A stretch of 64,000 nucleotides of DNA, taken from Acutalibacteraceae bacterium (lineage in GTDB: Bacteria > Bacillota > Clostridia > Oscillospirales > Acutalibacteraceae). Location: the NCBI GenBank assembly GCA_036307745.1, contig JAXJXA010000111.1:43499-107498 (forward strand), in the 5' to 3' direction. How positions within the stretch are numbered: the stretch's first letter is position 1; every line of letters starts with the position of its first letter. Below, piece after piece: positions 58,701-64,000 of the stretch. The position numbers and the translations under genes are program-made. The notes under the pieces are model-generated. The model had not been told where the DNA came from. It did no database searches and was given only the letters and a program-made list of their open reading frames with translations.

Positions 58701-61615
58701 GCCGAGTAGTTGGTAAGCATGTTTCTATTGTGCTTATGCAAAAACAGCTTAATGAATTAGGACTGGGTAAAAAGTCTATAAAAGCAGAATTGGAAATGAT
58801 AGGCGTTGTTACTGGTATTGGTGATGTTTCTAAGATGTCTCTTAAAGATATTCAAAAAGAATTGGCTGATATATTAGGTGCTAAAGCTAATACTTCTCTT
58901 GATAAACTTCAAGAAATGTTGTTAAAAAATCCTGGTAAGCTGTCAATGGACTCTAAACAGAAATTGATGGAAGCTATTTCACTGAAGAAAAAGCTTAATA
59001 TGAAGGATATTCAGTTGGCCCAATTAGCACTTAAAGATGCAGGCGAATTCACAAGATATTCTACAAAGGAGTTAAAAAAGATGATAGCCGACTCTTCTCT
59101 GTCTATTGATAGGAGAAGTAGAGCTGAAATGGCATTGAGATATAAGAAGTTGTCAAAATGGACAAATGCAGCGTCTGGTAGATGGAAGGTTACTTTTAAT
59201 TTTATAAAAGATATCTTCAAAAAGATGATGCAGAATAATGAGTATTTAGCTGATGTTATTAATCTCAGTGGTAATGCTTTTACTGCTTATCGTATTGGAA
59301 AGACTACTTATAATATAAGCAAGGGTGTTGCTAAAGGAACTGTAAAAACTGTTCAAAAAGTAGCTAAGCCTGTTAGCGAAGTTGTTGGTAAAGCTATTAA
59401 TGGCACACGACAGATGATTGTTAACCATACTGCTCAAAATGCTATGAGTAATGTAGGAGCAAGACAAGCTAATCTTATTCTCAAAAACTCCAAGAAGGCT
59501 GCTAAAGCGGGAGCTAACAGTGGTAAGTTCTTGAGTAAAGTCGGGGCTAAGATTAAACAAGCTGCCGTTGCTGTTAAATCAGGAGTTGTTGCTATTGGTA
59601 AAGCAATTACCAGTGTTATTGCTGCAATCGCTGGTGGTTCAGGTGCTGGAATTATTGCTTTAATTGTGGTAGCTATCTTAATGTTTGGTATGATTGCTAT
59701 TTTAGCTCTTTCTTATATCTTTGGTGATGAAAGTAATAATACAAACGTACCTGCAATGGTTGAATATTTAGAAGATAAGAATACTGCTTTAATTGAAAGT
59801 ATGGCTGATAAGGAAACAAGAGCTCCTGAAACTAAGGATTTAAGAGGTTATACTATTCCTGGTTATACGATTATCCAAACAACTTATAATGACTATGAAG
59901 GAGAACCTTGTTTAGTCACAAATAATACAAAAGAAATCGTATCAATGTCTGCTGTTTTCTTCCAACAAGATTATTCAGATAATGTGAAAATATATGATTA
60001 TCTTGATGAAGTGTGGGAAAAATCTCACAAGCTGACATACACTGAAGAAGGTCCTTATGGTTGCGGTGGAACTGTCTGTCTACAAGAAGGAACACTCAAT
60101 CTAAATCCAGAAGCGAAGGGCTTTAATGGTGCTGAAAGATATTTTAGCTGCACTGAGGACTTCTATAATGATATTCATTACGATGATTGCTTTATGATTG
60201 AAAGTGCTAATGAGTGGAGAAAGTATGTTGATAAGAATTACTCATATAGATTCCCATTAGAATCCGTTAATAGCTATATGTTTAATGGTATTAACAAATA
60301 CTATTACGATTATAGCACTGGGGCTTTAACAACAAAAGGTTATGGTTGTGAGACTACAAGCGGGACCTTCTATTGTTCCAGTATTGCTGATATTTCAAAC
60401 TCAGAAGTCCAAACCAATCTTGTAAGAGCAACTGGAATTCCTTATTATGATTTAGTAAGTCAGGGCGGTTGTTCTATTAGACACGGTAAGAGTGAGGGAC
60501 AACCCGCTTATGGATGTTCTAATTATTATCTCGAAACTAAATACCGTGATTTAAGTTTTAGTGGGCTCAGTAAGAACGGTGCTTATACATTCAGTTGGAA
60601 TCCAAATACTGAAAGATATGAATTCCGTGATGCATCAACAAATACTCTTTACTATTTCTATGGTTATGGTGAATGGTATGGTGGCAAGTATGCTTATACT
60701 GATGATTTGACCGTCTGGTACTCTTCTGAACGTGGAAGCTTTACAACAGTTATTAATTATTATGTATGTAAAGAATACACCTGCCATGGTCATAATATTT
60801 CTTACCATTATTGTCCAGGAAATCATAAAGAGCCTGTTTGCTATGGACACGTTAACTTAAATGCCAACCTGGAAGTATACAGCTTTAATAAAAATATGCT
60901 GTTTATGCTGCCTATTGAGTCTGACAATGGTTTCTTATGGGATGAAACAGATAATATCCCGTGGGTGAAAAATATCTATGAACAGGATTGGAATGAGTTG
61001 TATGGTGTAACAGTAACCTCTTCTTTGTATGATAACTTAGATGGTATTGGAACTGTTATTATGCCAACACATGCTAATTCTTTGCCGATTCCATTATATA
61101 ACCAGCTTGATTATCCAAATTCACCATATGGTATTTATGGAACAGTTGCTTCTCATGGATGTGGTATTACTTGTGTAGCTATGCTTGATAGCTATTACAA
61201 AGATACCCAGACATCACCAGCTTACTTGGCCAGAATATTTGGTGAGTATAATACAGATGATGGTTCATTATGGTCTTTATTCCATGATAGTGCTCAAACA
61301 TTAATGCTGCCATTTGAACAAGAAACAGAATCTTGGTCGGCAGTAGTCCAGGCATTACAAGATGGAAAACCTGTTGTCTCTATCCAAGGACCAGGCTTAT
61401 TCACTAAGGGCGGACACTTTATCTTGTTAACTGGTATAACACCAGACGGCAGAATTCTTGTTAATGACCCCAATGGTGCCAACTACTATAAAAATGATGT
61501 CCTGTCAAGCGGTTTTGCAAATGGATTTACTCAACAGCAAATTCAAGCAGGCTCAAAGGGAAGCTATTGGATTTATGGTGTAAAGCCTAATAAAACAACT
61601 CAAACTACTCCATAA
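55793..61615 (+). CDS. Giant membrane protein with a C-terminal peptidase C39-like domain (VirB1-analogous hydrolase candidate)
   Basis: Acidic/coiled-coil N-terminus, TM near aa 1270-1315, LYNQ..GCGITCVAM..GHFI..VNDPN. Confidence 0.8.
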   Translation: MGDENMSKNFNELIEAYKDLLADAYDRGITLSDIEIMEELGVDVETLDELKLQLENESAEDREAKREQIREDLDDEMELSIDERTYDDETGEEEPYVPEEEESEGYYEDMNENQLAEIEEAAEEEAKREKEAADKAEKAKKDKKKREEAAKKKHEEQLRAKTDQENKEYYDKLASSKSQTEPETIAEQNDSPAVVPVEENYTKAEDRFKKDEEYSEPQKSTPSDSEHFNVNEPPYGFSDKDSLVNSTKQYHNGQTDKKEYVDPVTEPVPDSYSKPVSEPVQDVHYKPVVEPVSNEYEKSNTPVHESEKAAEHITVPVETVVEPVSVPSQQTTPSYDHNTVLEETDNSDYSRAHTIEKNEAVSSQENNKKQTQPEIKEEKPAVAENVTSGAHSFKTDNGNTESVTKEPVNVQSVGSEPSHNQQTAGEAFVPTEDKYYTPMGVPVSVETRVQSEYEKRVDNFYPGVDNYHIDENSVTDEHKDFNTVYENTHAVYEQTLADNNAYLESLETQLKEMKASNASTAEIQAMEDDIKYYSHKAAEIKAEKLMMEEAVASGSISAEAVYYMPAAREMLDNFDREAYGINKQLDEARKQLLKTPAEERQSLNDEIKHYENKLNDIGIRRQEVYDSMFTNPVDAVVMSHNVSTAIKAYDRDIESISKDIETAKSQFSELKAQGASPALLSSSKANVDLLIGKLRDIKSEREQVVDAISTGKIDSASAPYVPAAKSFIDMYDKRTEELMAKISDVKIKIADSNIETPAQKVILEKQLESYTTKLHNIKTDRENLSSSLLGVEGAASVKTAVYTSAAKFTLEAYAKETTQLNKENVTIEKTIAKLKKNDGNEAKIKKLEGKLETNKQRIETIKTDKKRVSDFLKNGPRMRRDDVLSAEYSRGHKAEVRDAMNKDLPTAENSKFFNSNANMKKVHQARMNKFARTYGGKFMRGFKGFVKREMREEEDLDTGLEISDNSYETGRVVGKHVSIVLMQKQLNELGLGKKSIKAELEMIGVVTGIGDVSKMSLKDIQKELADILGAKANTSLDKLQEMLLKNPGKLSMDSKQKLMEAISLKKKLNMKDIQLAQLALKDAGEFTRYSTKELKKMIADSSLSIDRRSRAEMALRYKKLSKWTNAASGRWKVTFNFIKDIFKKMMQNNEYLADVINLSGNAFTAYRIGKTTYNISKGVAKGTVKTVQKVAKPVSEVVGKAINGTRQMIVNHTAQNAMSNVGARQANLILKNSKKAAKAGANSGKFLSKVGAKIKQAAVAVKSGVVAIGKAITSVIAAIAGGSGAGIIALIVVAILMFGMIAILALSYIFGDESNNTNVPAMVEYLEDKNTALIESMADKETRAPETKDLRGYTIPGYTIIQTTYNDYEGEPCLVTNNTKEIVSMSAVFFQQDYSDNVKIYDYLDEVWEKSHKLTYTEEGPYGCGGTVCLQEGTLNLNPEAKGFNGAERYFSCTEDFYNDIHYDDCFMIESANEWRKYVDKNYSYRFPLESVNSYMFNGINKYYYDYSTGALTTKGYGCETTSGTFYCSSIADISNSEVQTNLVRATGIPYYDLVSQGGCSIRHGKSEGQPAYGCSNYYLETKYRDLSFSGLSKNGAYTFSWNPNTERYEFRDASTNTLYYFYGYGEWYGGKYAYTDDLTVWYSSERGSFTTVINYYVCKEYTCHGHNISYHYCPGNHKEPVCYGHVNLNANLEVYSFNKNMLFMLPIESDNGFLWDETDNIPWVKNIYEQDWNELYGVTVTSSLYDNLDGIGTVIMPTHANSLPIPLYNQLDYPNSPYGIYGTVASHGCGITCVAMLDSYYKDTQTSPAYLARIFGEYNTDDGSLWSLFHDSAQTLMLPFEQETESWSAVVQALQDGKPVVSIQGPGLFTKGGHFILLTGITPDGRILVNDPNGANYYKNDVLSSGFANGFTQQQIQAGSKGSYWIYGVKPNKTTQTTP

Positions 61616-61631
61616 GTCAATATTAAAATGA

Positions 61632-61674
61632 AAGAGGCCCCAAGAAAAAAATTTTTTCTTGGGGCTTCTTTTTT
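61632..61674 (+). terminator. Intrinsic terminator
   Basis: AAGAGGCCCCAAGAAAAAAATTTTTTCTTGGGGCTTCTTTTTT. Confidence 0.8.
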
Positions 61675-61808
61675 CTATTTGTTATCGGCCTAAAAAATAG
61701 GAAATTATATATAGTAGAAGAAATGTAATAAGCAAAATATTTTTTTTCGTCTTTTTTTGCTTATTTCTTATATATTATGGGTAAAAAGAAAAAGCTAAAA
61801 ATATCCAT

Positions 61809-62492
61809 ATGGAGATGACTATTATGAAGAAAAAGTTATTTACATTAGCATTAAGTACTCTGATGTTAGCAACAACTGTTATGCCTGTATATGCAACTGA
61901 CAATCCAATGACACAAGAAGAGTTTATGCAATCTTATACAGGTCAAATAACAAGTGATAGTGCCCCTACTGAGACCGAAGTTGTTGTCGCTGAGGTTAGT
62001 AATGAGAAGGGAACAGTTATTATTAATTTAGATATTCCAGAAAGTATGAACTTTAAACAGAATGTTGTTGTCCAGCTGTATAACAGAAAGACAGGCACTA
62101 TTGTTGAGGTTCCTGTATATTTAACAAATAATTGGCGTGCCCAGCAAGAAATACCTACTGGCTCGTATATGGTTTATAATGCATTGGCTGGCGGGGATGA
62201 TGGATTAAATCCAGAATATCTGTTTGAAGTTGGAACATTGTTTGAAGTAAGAACAGGTAATACAACTCCATTGTCAATTAAAATGATTGTTGAAGAAGAG
62301 ACACCTGTTGTGGAAACAAAGCCTGAAACTATCGAAACAGAAGTCGAGCCTGTCCAGGAAGAAAAAACTTTACTGCAAATATTTATAGATTTTATTAAAA
62401 AGTTGGTGTTAGGCCCTAATCTGTTTATCTTGTTAACACTGGCTGGTGCTTATATCACTATTTGGATTATCCAAAAGAAAAAGAGAAGTTAA
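61809..62492 (+). CDS. Cell-surface protein with a signal peptide and C-terminal TM anchor
   Basis: MKKKLF..VYA signal, E/T/P-rich linker, TM, KKKRS tail. Confidence 0.75.
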   Translation: MEMTIMKKKLFTLALSTLMLATTVMPVYATDNPMTQEEFMQSYTGQITSDSAPTETEVVVAEVSNEKGTVIINLDIPESMNFKQNVVVQLYNRKTGTIVEVPVYLTNNWRAQQEIPTGSYMVYNALAGGDDGLNPEYLFEVGTLFEVRTGNTTPLSIKMIVEEETPVVETKPETIETEVEPVQEEKTLLQIFIDFIKKLVLGPNLFILLTLAGAYITIWIIQKKKRS

Positions 62493-62516
62493 GAAAATGA
62501 AGAAAGGAGGCGTCCC

Positions 62517-63701
62517 ATGTATAATACGATTGATGAATGTAGAGAAGACCCCATGTTAAGAAATCTCAGTACTCTGTTACAGAATACTAATATTCATGGT
62601 GGTTTTGTAGAATATGAAAAAGATAAAGGCTTTGTAGATTCAGGAATATATTTTGTGGCAACCGCTGGTTCAATCACCGATATGCATCTTGACTCTAAAA
62701 ATCCTGCTGATATTCAAAGAAAAATTGATGGAGACCCCTCCACGTTTTATCCTTATGAATTTGCCATTAAAATTACTGATGCAGACCCCTTAACAGCATT
62801 TGATAGAATTGCTGATTTCTGCCACAAGGCCGAAATGCTGAATGTATATTTCGGGTTGGAAGGAGTGAAAGTTCCTGATGAAATGTCAATGGATGATGTT
62901 AATGGTTTGAGATTGATAGTGGCTAACAGTAGAAATTCTCAAATCGCTGGTGATATGAGAGAATGCGTTAGAGCAGAAATGAAGAAAGCTATTAGGGCTT
63001 ATAACAAAGAACAAAAGAAAATTGGTTTTGCTGATAAAATATCTTCTAAATTTAAAAGTAAAGAGCAACAAATAACCGATTTTATAAGAGAACATAAACA
63101 AGTCAATTATGAGACTGTTGATGAAAATCAATTGGAAGACTTTATTCAATATCTAAAGAAGAGAGACCCTGAATTAGAATATGTTCTAAGTGACAGAATT
63201 GACGTTAATACTGGTATTGATAAACAAGAAGATGGTGCTTATGACCCTTATGGATATGCAGCACGTAATCATTCTTATAGAGAAGTTTATTTTAAGAGAG
63301 CAGATGAAAATATCTTTCATGATGCTCTTAATCACATTAATTACTCACAAAAATATGGAAAGGGCCACAGCATAGGTTTGGCGGCTTTATCTAAACAAGG
63401 ACCTGTTTGTACTGTTGATATTCCTGTTAATTATATGTGGCTTGTTGACCAGTGCTTAACTAAATGGGAAGTTCCCTATGCTATTGATGATGGATATTTA
63501 AATAAATCAAATACTAAAACAATTCCTATTTTATATTTAGCAAAAGATAAGAATATTATTAGTGGAATGTCAAAGGATTTGTGCGATAGATATGCAAACG
63601 AATCTTTTGTTCATGCTGCTGATAAAATTCAATATAATGAACAAAGACAAGAACAAGAAAGGAAGCAGAAAAAATCAAGAGAGTTTGCATTTGCGAGGTG
63701 A
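62517..63701 (+). CDS. Hypothetical protein
   Basis: RBS AAAGGAGG; 394-aa ORF with a basic C-terminal tail. Confidence 0.75.
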   Translation: MYNTIDECREDPMLRNLSTLLQNTNIHGGFVEYEKDKGFVDSGIYFVATAGSITDMHLDSKNPADIQRKIDGDPSTFYPYEFAIKITDADPLTAFDRIADFCHKAEMLNVYFGLEGVKVPDEMSMDDVNGLRLIVANSRNSQIAGDMRECVRAEMKKAIRAYNKEQKKIGFADKISSKFKSKEQQITDFIREHKQVNYETVDENQLEDFIQYLKKRDPELEYVLSDRIDVNTGIDKQEDGAYDPYGYAARNHSYREVYFKRADENIFHDALNHINYSQKYGKGHSIGLAALSKQGPVCTVDIPVNYMWLVDQCLTKWEVPYAIDDGYLNKSNTKTIPILYLAKDKNIISGMSKDLCDRYANESFVHAADKIQYNEQRQEQERKQKKSREFAFAR

Positions 63702-63706
63702 AAATA

Positions 63707-64000
63707 ATGTTTAAAAAATTTGTTAATTTATTGTTTTATGTTGTACTTGCAATATTCATCTATGCAATGGGAACTTGGGTCCTCAATGATTTCGATAAGA
63801 CACAGATGAACTTCCTTGGTTATTCAGTTAACCTTGTAATGAGTGAAAGTATGGAACCAACTATTATGACTGGTGATGTTGTTATCACAAAACATATTGA
63901 ATTTGAAGATATAGAAGTTGGTGACATTGTTGTTTATAAACACACTTATGAAAATGGCAACTATAAAGCTATTATTCACAGAGTTATTGAAAAAACAGAC
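63707..64000 (+). CDS. sipW: Signal peptidase I, SipW/S26B (ER-type), truncated by the window end
   Basis: Translated by hand: TM, V.SESMEPT..GD, GDIVVY, IIHRV (Ser-His dyad). Confidence 0.9.
   Translation, partial: MFKKFVNLLFYVVLAIFIYAMGTWVLNDFDKTQMNFLGYSVNLVMSESMEPTIMTGDVVITKHIEFEDIEVGDIVVYKHTYENGNYKAIIHRVIEKTD

Noticed and set aside
925..63375. Numerous short antisense or alternate-frame ORFs (e.g. 44359..45120, 18956..19426, 49887..50345)
   Set aside because: They lie wholly inside well-supported + strand genes and mirror their repeats or codon bias.
1..64000. Prophage, or an identifiable relaxase, integrase, rRNA or tRNA
   Set aside because: No capsid, terminase, tail, HUH-relaxase, recombinase or stable-RNA signatures were recognised; they may lie outside the window.

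Overview
AT-rich, almost entirely co-oriented (+ strand) segment of a large conjugative element from a Clostridia-like Firmicute. It is more likely a plasmid than an ICE: there is a putative Rep with iteron-like repeats, and no integrase or relaxase is visible in the window. It carries a Gram-positive T4SS core (VirD4, pilin-like protein, VirB6, PrgI, an ATPase-less VirB4 paralog, VirB4), topB, two FtsH paralogs, an ArdC-like operon, two tnpB-only IS200/IS605 elements plus a 209-bp miniature derivative, a divergent sigma-70 factor and a giant C39-like wall-hydrolase candidate. Two systems stand out. (1) A candidate modular TasA/CalY-like fibre: seven paralogs with SipW-type signal peptides (AYF[T/S/A]D) and different C-terminal adhesin heads, plus a sortase-anchored base candidate, a class B sortase and a SipW peptidase. 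(2) A private transcription programme: two non-canonical promoter-like motifs (about 22 and 10 copies) precede nearly every operon, alongside an element-encoded sigma factor with altered DNA-recognition residues. All calls come from reading motifs by eye; no database searches were run.
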